The notes below the pieces were generated by a model. The model was not told where the DNA came from and made no database searches. It worked only from the letters and a program-made list of their open reading frames with translations. A stretch of 64,000 nucleotides of DNA. Source: Chrysomallon squamiferum. Lineage: Eukaryota > Animalia > Mollusca. Where the stretch lies: the NCBI GenBank assembly GCA_012295275.1, contig CM022666.1, positions 16,807,090 to 16,871,089 on the forward strand, written 5' to 3'. Position numbers and translations under genes: made by a program. Shown in pieces: positions 31,556-57,159 of this stretch. Each line of letters begins with the position of its first letter. Position 1 is the stretch's first letter.

Positions 31556-32317
31556 AAGAACAAAATCAAATAAAAGGAAGATGAAATGGGAGATGGAATG
31601 AAGTGAAAGAAGAAATTAATAATTTACGCAAAGAGAAAGAATTCAACGTAAAGAAGAAAACAAATAAACAAGAAAGAAAAAACCCACAAAAAAACGGAAA
31701 AAAAAACAACAACAAAGCAACAACAAGGAAAAAAAAAAATCAAAAAGAAAAAAGTATAAATTTAAAAACAGAGAAATTACATATATAAGACAGAAGCAGA
31801 AGAAAAGTGATGAAAAGGAGAAAAGTGTCTAAAGAAAACATATAAGTTTATATCATCTTAGCAACACAAATGTGATTACATCTTGTTTAAATGACATCAC
31901 GGACCTCAATGTGACCCTACGTACACAGCGACAGGCGTGGTCGGTTGGTTAGTAATGACGTTTTGTCGTTTTCTCTGACACCAACACTGAAATGTAATAA
32001 TGCAACGTACTGACTTATTTCTAATCTGTTTGGACATCAAACTCTTCAACTCAAATCCGTGCTTCGGAAATGTGCTGATACAGACAATTGTTAACTGATT
32101 AATAATTATAGGTGCGATTATTGTTGTTGTGTTATTATAAATATTATTATCATCATTATTATTATTATTATTACTATTATTATTAGTGTTGTTGTTGTTG
32201 TTGTTATTTTTTTATTCCACTGACACACAGATTCTGTGAATAAATGTTACCCTGCTCCTCTGTAGAAACTGATATATCCGCACCTGAAGTCACGCCTCTA
32301 ATTTATTATTATTATTA

Positions 32318-32445
<128 letters not shown>

Positions 32446-32987
32446 ATTTTCTTTATTTATTTTTCTCTTTTTCTCTTAGTTTTTTTATATTTTTAATTTT
32501 AATTTTATTTTTTTCTGTTTCACGATAGTGTAGAATGGTTCCTTGAACACGGTGTGGGAAAAATCACTTTGCACAAAATGACTGTAATCAAGGAAGTGCA
32601 ACTCTATACGTGCGACATTTGTTTTAATTTTTTTATTTTTATTTTTATTTTTATTTTTTAGACAAACAACATTCCACCGCATATAAATAAAGCTTGACTG
32701 AAACTCTGAATAGTTCATTCTTTTTCTTCTGAAAACGTTTTGTAAATGTCAGTTTAAACTGTTTCTTGTGTTGTAGCTGTTTTTTATTAGTTATTGTTTT
32801 AAAACACTTACTTTGGTTTTATTTTAACTCTTCTCAATTAAGAAAGGACAGTTTCAGAAGGTTTAGTGAGCTTCGCAAGAGATTATTCGAAGAACAAATA
32901 TTATTTTGTTACGATTCACGACGTTTTGACAATTTCTTGTTCGTAAACCTGAATCTGTTGGTTCTTTCTTGGAAGTAATTGCACACA

Positions 32988-44399
<11,412 letters not shown>

Positions 44400-44544
44400 T
44401 ATCTAGATGAAACATCCAACTTGTATACAGAGGCAAACAAGATGAAACAAAATTCAGTATCTGCACAATTTGAAACAAATGAAACAGCTGATGGTTGCGA
44501 TGAGCAGAGATCGGATACATACAGAAAAGCTGAGAAAATGAAAG

Positions 44545-44782
44545 AGAGTTCTGTGTGTGGACAGTGTGAAATATCCGATGACTGTTCCAGTGACAGCTCA
44601 GACAGAGTTCTGTGTGTGGACAGTGTGAAATATCCGATGACTGTTCCAGTGACAGCTCAGACAGAGTTCTGTGTGTGGACAGTGTGAAATATCCGATGAC
44701 TGTTCCAGTGACAGCTCAGACAGAGTTCTGTGTGTGGACAGTGTGAAATATCCGATGACTGTTCCAGTGACAGCTGAGACAG
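44545..44782 (+). repeat. 58-bp tandem repeat (~4 units) downstream of the receptor stop codon
   Basis: Repeated agagttctgtgtgtggacagtgtgaaatatccgatgactgttccagtgacagctcagac. Confidence 0.92.
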
Positions 44783-45758
44783 AAAACTGAAAACAAATCT
44801 ATCAGAGTCAGACGATGTACAGCGCAGATTAGAAACTATTTACGTTAACTGAACAAAAACAGTCTGAGTGAATCAGAAAAAGAACTGAAGTTGGAAACAG
44901 ACAGCAAGGAAAAACAATCTGAAGAATCAAAGCTTCAGGAAAATAGTTGAGAAAAGGAAGATTCTGCGTACGTAAATATACGAGACATACACGAGAATTT
45001 AACTCACAGAGAAGACAAAGAGAACGTGTTAAACAATGACACGTCTGGGAAAAGTGAAAACTTAAAATCAGAGACTGTTGATGAAGCAAGAGATGATAAC
45101 ACACACAATGTTGTAAATTATCAAAATCAGTTCCCTGATTTGACATACATGAATTGTTTACAAAGAGAAAAAAGTGAGGAAGATAAATGTGAGAACAAAA
45201 CAGAAAGTGAGAAAGGGAAAGGACAGTGGGAAAGGACAGAAACCGGATCAGATAAAGATGAGCAAAACAGAAACTATTCGGACAACTCTAATCAGAGAGA
45301 AGAAAAACAGCAGCTCGATGATCCTGTGAACTTGCACACATTCAAAACAGAAAAGGAAAAGGAAGAATTCAATGAAATTTCTGATGAAGAAAACTTCAGC
45401 TAATGCAAATTAGGATAAACTAGACACACAACAAACTCAAGATAAACCTGCTTATTTCAACACACAGATATACACAATGAAAGACTCATCGGATTAATGA
45501 TAACATTTAAGTAAGTTAAAGCGCTTACTTTAAACCAAAAGTCTCAGTGTGAAAGAGGGACACAGGATGTGCAGGGGAGTAAACCCAGTGTAAAGAGTTA
45601 TCTCCTTTTACACAATATTCATATCGTGTGATCTCAGTTGACTGCTAGCAATTCAGAAAGTACAAACGTTTTAGTTACATTTTCCTCCTCAAAATCTGTA
45701 CATATAACTGTATTAAGCTTATGTATTTGCCTTCTGAAATCTGAATATTTTGCAGTTA

Positions 45759-45764
45759 AATAAA
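45759..45764 (+). terminator. Candidate polyadenylation signal (AATAAA) of the Ig receptor gene
   Basis: AATAAA followed by a T/GT-rich tract, after the end of the coding-like sequence. Confidence 0.4.
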
Positions 45765-45794
45765 ATAGTAAATATTTTTTCTTTTGTTTGTTTT

Positions 45795-45898
<104 letters not shown>

Positions 45899-46233
45899 AC
45901 ACAACCTATTCCACATTGATTATACTAGAAAAGAGAACACTGCTCTCTTTGTCTCTGCAAACTAGAACCGCACCTAATTATTAGTCACGCACTGCAGACG
46001 AAATAAATATAGTTGTGCCAAAAAAGGATACATGAGTATTAAAGAAGTCGTTTAATGTATGTGATGTTATTACAGCCACTTTCTGTAGGCTCCGATGAGC
46101 CACTTTGGTATCTCGTGGACAGGTGGCTACATGTATCCCAATACATAAAAAGGAACACACAGCTAAAAAAAAATCAATGTTAATTCAAAGATAATTAATT
46201 ACTGGTATTACTTTACTTCAAGGTATCTGCTAT

Positions 46234-46334
<101 letters not shown>

Positions 46335-46416
46335 GACAAGTTTGAGAAAAACATTCTAAGTTGTGTGGTAGAGATGCAGTTCAATGAACTATGTGGTGTA
46401 CGTAGGCAAACACATA

Positions 46417-46535
46417 TAGGGTTAGCGTTAGGGTCAGGGTCTAGATCGGGATCGGGGTCGGGGTTGGGGTTAGGGTTAGGGTTAAGGCTAACCGTCAGGT
46501 TTTATTAACCCTAAGCCTAAATCTACCCCTTAGGC
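46417..46535. repeat. Degenerate telomere-like (TTAGGG-type) tract with a short complementary CCCTAA-like segment
   Basis: tagggttagcgttagggtcaggg...ggggttagggttagggttaagg followed by taaccctaagcctaaatctacccct. Confidence 0.6.
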
Positions 46536-47660
46536 ACCATTAACCACAACTCTAAGACACCTCCGACCTTGACCTTCATTTCTCAGTCTCTCTGTCTAGA
46601 CACTTTCCCACTATCTCGTAAATAGAGTTATAGCCCTTGGACCGTCGACTTGTCACGACTCTGTTAAACGGATCTGAAGAACGATAACTCGTCGACGTTT
46701 AATTCCGTGTCGAAATAAATATTTTATTTATTTACAGTTACTTATTTATTTGTAAATATATATATATTTATTTATTTACTCGTGTGTTTGTTTGCTGCTA
46801 CACGAGTGTTGCCCGACACGGGTCAAAAGTGCCGCACGCCCCACCCAAGGGGAACAACTCGTTTCCGACACGTGCACAAAAAACGCACATGTTTTTGAAA
46901 ATTTGCTCGTTTTTTTTTCAAACGCATTTTCAAAAGGTGCAGCACCTTTGGTAAATGTTGGAAACGTTTTTGCCACACTCGCCCCGACGTCGCGCACCTT
47001 TTGCACACGTCGAAATATTTATCCGGACCAAACGGAATAGTGCCACACGGATTTTCGACTTTTGAAAATCGAATTTTTTGAAGTTTCGTTGAAAATGCTA
47101 AGGGTACCTTTCTCAAAGTGCAATAACTTTTTCCGAGCACGTGGGAAAAATCGGGCGCACATACCGAAAAGTGGGGCAAGGGTTCCCCGACACGGGTCAA
47201 AAGTGCGGAACGCCCCACCCAAGGGGAACAACTCGTTTCCGACACGTGCACGAAAAACGCACATGTTTTTGAAAACGTTCGTGCCACACTCGCCCCGACG
47301 GCGCGCACCTTCTGCACTCGTTGAAATATTTTTCCCGACCACACGGAATAGTGCCACACGGATTTTCAATTTTTTCAACAACAACAACAGTAATAATTGA
47401 CAGTGGACGGATGATACGCCGGCGGCTTTTTTCCTTTTCTCTCGTCATATTTTTATTTATTTATTTAGTTATTTATTTTTTTAAATTATTATTTTTTTCT
47501 TAATATTACTTTCTTTCTTTCTTGCTTTCTTTCTTTCTTTCTTTCTTTATTTCTTTATTTTTATTTATTTCTTTATTTTATTTATTTATTTATTTATTTT
47601 GTTTATTTATTTATTTATTTATTTATCTATTTATTTTTTTTTATTTTTTTTTTTTTCATC

Positions 47661-47924
47661 TGCAGTCTTAAAGGTGATATTGACATCGGTAGTGAGTTCC
47701 GAGACCCACTTTTGAAAATATTGTTATACTTTATTACTAGGAAAGGCTGGTACCAGTAAACCTGGAATGTATAAATTACACTGGGTCCATTGTAGAGCAT
47801 CAGCTACATTTTTATTAAGTTCCCCTTTTATAAGTAAAAATCTTTTTCTTTGAGCTGAATTCTCACATTGCTTATTTACAGAATTTTCATCATTTATCCA
47901 AAATAGTGACTAATGAACTTAAAA

Positions 47925-47982
<58 letters not shown>

Positions 47983-48223
47983 TAAAACAACAACAACAAC
48001 AACAGTAATAATAATAGGCAGTGGACGGATGAAGCCCGACGTCTTTTTTCCTTTTCTCTCGTCCGCCGAGTGGAGTGCAGTCGACCTGACCCGACCCGAC
48101 CCTACCCGAGTGTAGCCGAACGGAGCTGAGCTGAGATCGGTTCCCATGGCAACGGTGAGACGAACGTTAGAAAACTGGGTCTCGGTACTCGCTACCGATG
48201 TCAATTTCGCCTTAAAGACTGCA
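47661..48223. mobile_element. MITE/foldback-like segment bounded by ~53-bp imperfect inverted repeats, present in every satellite spacer
   Basis: Left arm tgcagtcttaaaggtgatattgacatcggtagtgagttccgagacccactttt (47661-47713) matches the reverse complement of 48171-48223 with about 6 mismatches. No target-site duplication is visible. Confidence 0.45.
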
Positions 48224-48519
48224 CAAAAATTAAGAATAAAAAAATCAATAAATAAATAGAAAAAATTATTGACAGTGACACTTTACAGTCCATCACCACG
48301 AAAGACGAAATGCTGTTCACAACAACAACAACAAAAACAACAACAGCAGCAGCAGCAGCAGCACCAAAACCACCACCACCACCACCACCACCACCACCAC
48401 CAACAACAACAGCAATAGTGCTAATTTCGTGCAAAATGACTCGTGAACACAGGATAAGTGCGAAACCGCTGTATTATTATCATTACCGCTACTACTACTA
48501 CTACTACTACCACTAGTTA

Positions 48520-48560
<41 letters not shown>

Positions 48561-48761
48561 GATAGTACAGTACCGTAGATGCACAGTCAGACACACATAC
48601 GCATGGCGCTTTCTTTCTTTCTTTCTTTCTTTGAGTAGAAGAAGAACAACAACAACAAGATCGAATACTGCCAGCGCTTTATTTTTCTCTTTTTATTTCT
48701 TTATTTTTCTTTTCTTTTATTTTATTAATTTTTGTTTTCATTTTTGATATTTTTTTCCAAT

Positions 48762-48817
<56 letters not shown>

Positions 48818-48928
48818 CTTGTTTGTGTGAGTGCACTGTTTAAGGTGAAATTGTCAGCGAGCCAATACTGCCGGCGTTTATTTTTATTTCTTTATTTCTT
48901 TATTTATTTTATTAATTATTAATTATTA

Positions 48929-49014
<86 letters not shown>

Positions 49015-49101
49015 TTTATTTTTTTTCTCATTTTTTTATTTTAAATTTTACATATTTTATTCTATTTTATCTATTATTTTTTTTATTTATTATTATTATT
49101 A

Positions 49102-49142
<41 letters not shown>

Positions 49143-49220
49143 TTTTGTTATTTTTTTATTTTAAATTTTACATATTTTATTTAATTTTTTTTACTTATTA
49201 TTTTTTTCATTTATTATTAT

Positions 49221-52200
49221 GAAAATGCTAGGGGTACCTTTTTCAAAGTGCAATAACTTTTTCCGAGCACGTGGGAAAAATCGGGCGCACATACCCAAAA
49301 GTGGGGCAAGGGTTGCCCGACACGGGTCAAAAGTGCCGCACGCCCCACCCAAGGGGAACAACTCGTTTCCGACACGTGCACAAAAAACGCACATGTTTTT
49401 GAAAATTTGCTCTTTTTTTTTTCAAACGCATTTTCAAAAGGTGCAGCACCTTTGGAAAATGTTGGAAACGTTTTTACCACACTCGCCCCGACGGCGCGCA
49501 CCTTTTGCACACGTCGAAATATTTTTCCCGACCAAACGGAAAAGTGCCACACGGATTTTCAACTTTTGAAAATCGAATTTTTTCAAGTTTCGTTGAAAAT
49601 GCTAGGGGTACCTTTTTCAAAGTGCAATAACTTTTTCCGAGCACGTGGGAAAAATCGGGCGCACATACCCAAAAGTGGGGCAAGGGTTGCCCGACACGGG
49701 TCAAAAGTGCCGCACGCCCCACCCAAGGGGAACAACTCGTTTCCGACACGTGCACAAAAAACGCAGATGTTTTTGAAAATTTGCTCGTTTTTTTTTCAAA
49801 CGCATTTTCAAAAGGTGCAGCACCTTTGGTAAATGTTGGAAACGTTTTTACCACACTCGCCCCGACGGCGCGCACCTTTTGCACACGTCGAAATATTTTT
49901 CCCGACCAAACGGAAAAGTGCCACACGGATTTTCAACTTTTGAAAATCGAATTTTTTCAAGTTTCGTTGAAAATGCTAGGGGTACCTTTTTCAAAGTGCA
50001 ATAACTTTTTCCGAGCACGTGGGAAAAATCGGGCGCACATACCCAAAAGTGGGGCAAGGGTTGCCCGACACGGGTCAAAAGTGCCGCACGCCCCACCCAA
50101 GGGGAACAACTCGTTTCCGACACGTGCACAAAAAACGCACATGTTTTTGAAAATTTGCTCGTTTTTTTTTCAAACGCATTTTCAAAAGGTGCAGCACCTT
50201 TGGTAAATGTTGGAAACGTTTTTGCCACACTCGCCCCGACGGCGCGCACCTTTTGCACACGTCGAAATATTTTTCCCGACCAAACGGAAAAGTGCCACAC
50301 GGATTTTCAACTTTTGAAAATCGAATTTTTTCAAGTTTCGTTGAAAATGCTAGGGGTACCTTTTTCAAAGTGCAATTTTCTTTTTCCGAGCACGTGGGAA
50401 AAATCGGGCGCACATACCCAAAAGTGGGGCAAGGGTTGCCCGACAGGGGTCAAAAGTGCCGCACGCCCCACCCAAGGGGAACAACTCGTTTCCGACACGT
50501 GCACAAAAAACGCACATGTTTTTGAAAATTTGCTCGTTTTTTTTTCAAACGCATTTTCAAAAGGTGCAGCACCTTTGGTAAATGTTGGAAACGTTTTTGC
50601 CACACTCGCCCCGACGGCGCGCTCATTTTGCACACGTCGAAATATTTTTCCCGACCAAACGGAAAAGTGCCACACGGATTTTCAACTTTTGAAAATCGAA
50701 TTTTTTCAAGTTTCGTTGAAAATGCTAGGGGTACCTTTTTCAAAGTGCAATAACTTTTTCCGAGCACGTGGGAAAAATCGGGCGCACATACCCAAAAGTG
50801 GGGCAAGGGTTGCCCGACACGGGTCAAAAGTGTCGCACGCCCCACCCAAGGGGAACAACTCGTTTCCGACACGTGCACAAAAAACGCACATGTTTTTGAA
50901 AATTTGCTCGATTTTTTTTCAAACGCATTTTCAAAAGGTGCAGCACCTTTGGTAAATGTTGGAAACGTTTTTGCCACACTCGCCCCGACGGCGCGCTCAT
51001 TTTGCACACGTCGAAATATTTTTCCCGACCAAACGGAAAAGTGCCACACGGATTTTCAACTTTTGAAAATCGAATTTTTTCAAGTTTCGTTGAAAATGCT
51101 AGGGGTACCTTTTTCAAAGTGCAATAACTTTTTCCGAGCACGTGGGAAAAATCGGGCGCACATACGCAAAAGTGGGGCAAGGGTTGCCCGACACGGGTCA
51201 AAAGTGTCGCGCACCCCACCCAAGGGGAACAACTCGTTTCCGACACGTGCACAAAAAGCGCACATGTTTTTGAAAATTTGCTCGTTTTTTTTTTCAAACG
51301 CATTTTCAAAAGGTGCAGCACCTTTGGTAAATGTTGGAAACGTTTTTTGCCACACTCCCGCCCCTGACGGCGCGCACGTTTTGCACATCGTCGAAATATT
51401 TTTCCCGACCAAACGGAAAGTGCCACACGGATTTTCAACTTTTGAAAATCGAATTTTTCAAGTTTCGTTGAAAATGCTAGGGGTACCTTTTTCAAAGTGC
51501 AATAACTTTTTCCGAGCACGTGGGAAAAATCGGGCGCACATACCCAAAAGTGGGGCAAGGGTTGCCCGACACGGGTCAAAAGTGCCGCACGCCCCACCCA
51601 AGGGGAACAACTCGTTTCCGACACGTGCACAAAAAACGCACATGTTTTTGAAAATTTGCTCGATTTTTTTTCAAACGCATTTTCAAAAGGTGCAGCACCT
51701 TTGGTAAATGTTGGAAACGTTTTTGCCACACTCGCCCCGACGGCGCGCACGTTTTGCACACGTCGAAATATTTTTCCCGACCAAACGGAAAAGTGCCACA
51801 CGGATTTTCAACTTTTGAAAATCGAATTTTTCAAGTTTCCTTGAAAATGCTAGGGGTACCTTTTCAAAGTGCAATAACTTTTTCCGAGCACGTGGGAAAA
51901 ATCGGGCGCACATACCCAAAAGTGGGGCAAGGGTTGCCCGACACGGGTCAAAAGTGCCGCACGCCCCACCGAAGGGGAACAACTCGTTTCCGACACGTGC
52001 ACAAAAAACGCACATGTTTTTGAAAATTTGCTCGATTTTTTTCAAACGCATTTTCGAAAGGTGCAGCACCTTTGGTAAATGTTGGAAACGTTTTTGCCAC
52101 ACTCGCCCCGACGGCGCGCACGTTTTGGACACGTCGAAATATTTTTCCCGACCAAACGGAAAAGTGCCACACGGATTTTCAACTTTTGAAAATCGAATTT

Positions 52201-53305
52201 TTTCAAGTTTCGTTGAAAATGCTAGGGGTACCTTTTTCAAAGTGCAATAACTTTTTCCGAGCACGTGGGAAAAATCGGGCGCACATACCCAAAAGTGGGG
52301 CAAGGGTTGCCCGACACGGGTCAAAAGTGCCGCACGCCCCACCCAAGGGGAACAACTCGTTTCCGACACGTGCACAAAAAACGCACATGTTTTTGAAAAT
52401 TTGCTCGTTTTTTTTTCAAACGCATTTTCAAAAGGTGCAGCACCTTTGGTAAATGTTGGAAACGTTTTTGCCACATTCGCCCCGACGGCGCGCACGTTTT
52501 GCACACGTCGAAATATTTTTCCCGACCAAACGGAACAGTGCCAAACGGATTTTCAACTTTTGAAAATCGAATTTTTTCAAGTTTCGTTGAAAATGCTAGG
52601 GGTACCTTTCTCAAAGTGCAATAACTTTTTCCGAGCACGTGGGAAAAATCGGGCGCACATACCCAAAAGTGGGGCAAGGGTTGCCCGACACGGGTCAAAA
52701 GTGCCGCACGCCCCACCCAAGGGGAACAACTCGTTTCCGACACGTGCACAAAAAACGCACATGTTTTTGAAAATTTGCTCGATTTTTTTTCAAACGCATT
52801 TTCGAAAGGTGCAGCACCTTTGGTAAATGTTGGAAACGTTTTTGCCACACTCGCCCCGACGGCGCGCACGTTTTGCACACGTCGAAATATTTTTCCCGAC
52901 CAAACGGAACAGTGCCACACGGATTTTCAACTTTTGAAAATCGAATTTTTCAAGTTTCCTTGAAAATGCTAGGGGTACCTTTTTCAAAGTGCAATAACTT
53001 TTTCCGAGCACGTGGGAAAAATCGGACGCACATACCCAAAAGTGGGGCAAGGGTTGCCCGACACGGGTCAAAAGTGCCGCACGCCCCACCCAAGGGGAAC
53101 AACTCGTTTCCGACACGTGCACAAAAAACGCACATGTTTTTGAAAATTTGCTCGTTTTTCTTCAAACGCATTTTCAAAAGGTGCAGCACCTTTGGTAAAT
53201 GTTGGAAACGTTTTTGCCAGACTCGCCCCGACGGAGCGCACGTTTTGCACACGTTGAAATATTTTTCCCGACCACACGGAATAGTGCCACACGGATTTTC
53301 AATTT
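49221..53305. repeat. Array of about 11 near-identical 374-bp satellite monomers
   Basis: Identical ORF-track starts recur at 374-bp spacing (49407, 49781, 50155). Confidence 0.97.
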
Positions 53306-53384
53306 TTTCAACAACAACAACAATAATAATTGACAGTGGACGGATGAAACCCGGCGGCTTTTTTCCTTTTCTCTCGTCATATTT

Positions 53385-53431
<47 letters not shown>

Positions 53432-53499
53432 TTTTTTTAAATTATTATTTTTTTCTTAATATTTCATTCTTTCTTTCTTTCTTTCTTTATTTATTTTGT

Positions 53500-53530
<31 letters not shown>

Positions 53531-53815
53531 TTTTTTTTTTTTTTTTTCATCTGCAGTCTTTAAGGTGATATTGACATCGGTAGTGAGTTGCGAGACCCAC
53601 TTTTGAAAATATTGTTATACTTTATTACTAGGAAAGGCTGGTAATAGTAAACCTGGAATGTATAAATTACACTGGGTCCATTGTTGTGCATCAGCTACAG
53701 TTTTATTAAGTTCCCCTTTTATAAGTAAAAATCTTTTTCTTTGAGCTGAATTCTCACATTGCTTATTTACAGAATTTTCATCATTTATCCAAAATAGTGA
53801 CTAATGAACTTAAAA

Positions 53816-53884
<69 letters not shown>

Positions 53885-54370
53885 TTAAAACAACAACAAC
53901 AACAACAGTAATAATAATAGGCAGTGGACGGATGAAGCCCGACGTCTTTTTTCCTTTTCTCTCGTCCGCCGAGTGGAGTGCAGTCGACCCGACCCGACCT
54001 GACCCGACCCGACCCTACCCGAGTGTAGCCGAACGGAGCTGAGCTGAGATCGAACGTTAGAAAACTGGGTCTCGGTACTCGCTACCGATGTCAATTTCGC
54101 CTTAAAGACTGCACAAAAATTAAGAATGAAAAAAATCAATAAATAAAGCCAAAAAATTATTGACAGTGACACTTTACAGTCCATCACCACGAAAGACGAA
54201 ATGCTCTTCACAACAACAACAACAACAACAACAACAAAAACAACAGCAGCAGCAACAGTAGCACCACCACCACCAACAACAACGACAACAACAGCAATAA
54301 TGCTAATTTCGTGCAAAATGACTCGTGAACACAGGATAAGTGCGAAACCTTTGTATTATTATCATGACCG

Positions 54371-54403
<33 letters not shown>

Positions 54404-54428
54404 GTAGTTATTATTATTATTACTATTA

Positions 54429-54460
<32 letters not shown>

Positions 54461-54811
54461 TTTTTATTATTATTATTATGATAGTACAGTACCGTAGATG
54501 CACAGTCACACACACACACGCATGGCGCTTTCTTTCTTTCTTTCTTTCTTTGAGTAGAAGAAGAACAACAACAACAAGATCGAATACTGCCAGCGCTTTA
54601 TTTTTCTTTTTTCATTTCTTTATTTTTCTTTTATTTTATTAATTTTGTTGTTTGGATTTTTGATATTTTTTTTTTTATTCTTTTTTTTTTTTTCTTCTTC
54701 TTGTTTGTGTGAGTGCACTCTTCAAGGTGAAATTGTCAGCGAGCCAATACTGCCGGCGTTTATTTTTATTTCTTTATTTCTTTATTTTATTTTTTTAATT
54801 ATTAATTATTA

Positions 54812-54875
<64 letters not shown>

Positions 54876-55950
54876 CATTATTATTATTATTATTATTTTT
54901 ATTTTTTTTATTTTAAATTTTACATATTTTATTCTATTTTATCTATTTTTTTTTTTTTTATTATTATTATTACTATTATTATTATTATTATTATTTTTTG
55001 TCATTTTTTTATTTTAAATTTTACATCTTTTGTTTAATTTTTTTTTTATTTATTATTCTTTTCATTTATTAAAATTTTTATTATTATTATTATCAAAATG
55101 CTATGGGAACCTTTTTCAAAGTGCAATAACTTTGTCCGAGCACGTGGGAAAAATCGGGCGCACATACCCAAAAGTGGGGCAAAGGGTTGCCCGACACGGG
55201 TCAAAAGTGCCGCACGCCCCACCCAAGGGGAACAACTCGTTTCCGACACGTGCACAAAAACGCACATATGAATTTGAAAATTTGCTCGATTTTTTTTCAA
55301 ACGCATTTTCAAAACGTGCAGCACCTTTGGTAAATGTTGGAAACGTTTTTCCCACACTCGCCCCGACGGCGCGCACGTTTTGCACACGTCGAAATATTTT
55401 TTCCGACCAAACGGAACAGTGCCACATGGATTTTCAATTTTTTCAACAACAACAACAATAATAATTGACAGTGGACGGATGAAACCCGGCGGCTTTTTTC
55501 CTTTTCTCTCCTCATATTTTTATTTATTTATTTATTTATTTATTTTTTTAAATTATTATTTTTTTCTTAATATTTCATTCTTTCTTTCTTTCTTTCTTTC
55601 TTTCTTTATTTATTTTGTTTATTTATTTATTGATTTATTTATTTATTTATTTTTTTTTTTTTCATCTGCAGTCTTTAAGGTGATATTCACATCGGTAGTG
55701 AGTTCCGAGACCCACTTTTGAAAATATTGTTATACTTTATTACTAGGATAATAAACCTGGAATGTATAAATTACACTGGGTCCATTGTTGTGCATCAGCT
55801 ACATTTTTATTAAGTTCCCCTTTTATAAGTAAAAATCTTTTTCTTTGAGCTGAATTCTCACATTGCTTATTTACAGAATTTTCATCATTTATCCAAAATA
55901 GTGACTAATGAACTTAAAAGAATAATAATAATAATAATAATAACAATAAC

Positions 55951-55988
<38 letters not shown>

Positions 55989-56556
55989 TTAAAACAACAA
56001 CAACAACAACAGTAATAATAATAGGCAGTGGACGGATGAAGCCCGACGTCTTTTTTCCTTTTCTCTCGTCCGCCGAGTGGAGTGCAGTCGACCCGACCCG
56101 ACCTGACCCGACCCGACCCTACCCGAGTGTAGCCGAACGGAGCTGAGCTGAGATCGGTTCCGATGGCAACGGTGAGACGAACGTTAGAAAACTGGGTCTC
56201 GGTACTCGCTACTCATGTCAATTTCGCCTTAAAGACTGCACAAAAATTAAGAATGAAAAAAATCAATAAATAAAGCCAAAAAATTATTGACAGTGACACT
56301 TTACAGTCCATCACCACGAAAGACGAAATGCTGTTCACAACAACAACAACAACAACAACAAAAACAACAGCAGCAGCAACAGTAGCACCACCACCACCAA
56401 CAACAACGACAACAACAGCAATAATGCTAATTTCGTGCAAAATGACTCGTGAACACAGGATAAGTGCGAAACCTTTGTATTATTATCATGACCGCTACTA
56501 CTACTACTACTACTATTACAACTACTACTAGTAGTTATTTATTATTATTATTATTA

Positions 56557-56597
<41 letters not shown>

Positions 56598-56989
56598 TAT
56601 TATTATTTTTATTATTATTATTATGATAGTACAGTACCGTAGATGCACAGTCACACACACACGCATGGCGCTTTCTTTCTTTCTTTCTTTCTTTCATTGA
56701 GTAGAAGAAGAACAACAACAACAAGATCGAATACTGCCAGCGCTTTATTTTTCTTTTTTCATTTCTTTATTTTTCTTTTATTTTATTAATTTTGTTGTTT
56801 GGATTTTTGATATTTTTTTTTCAATTGTTTTTTTTTTTTTCTTCTTCTTCTTGTTTGTGTGAGTGCACTCTTTAAGGTGAAATTGTCATCGAGCCAATAC
56901 TGCCAGCGTTTATTTTTTTATTTCTTTATTTCTTTATTTTTTTTTTTAATTATTAATTATTATTATTATTATTATTATTATGATTATTA

Positions 56990-57159
<170 letters not shown>

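Noticed and set aside
47372-49220. Spacer as an rDNA intergenic spacer or an snRNA/tRNA/5S tandem gene unit
   Set aside because: I could not recognise any rRNA, tRNA, 5S or snRNA sequence, or A/B boxes; an Infernal/Rfam scan would be needed to exclude this formally.
49455-49605. CENP-B-box-like strings in the monomer (gttggaaacg; tttcgttgaaaatg)
   Set aside because: Neither contains the full TTCG....A..CGGG set of essential positions.
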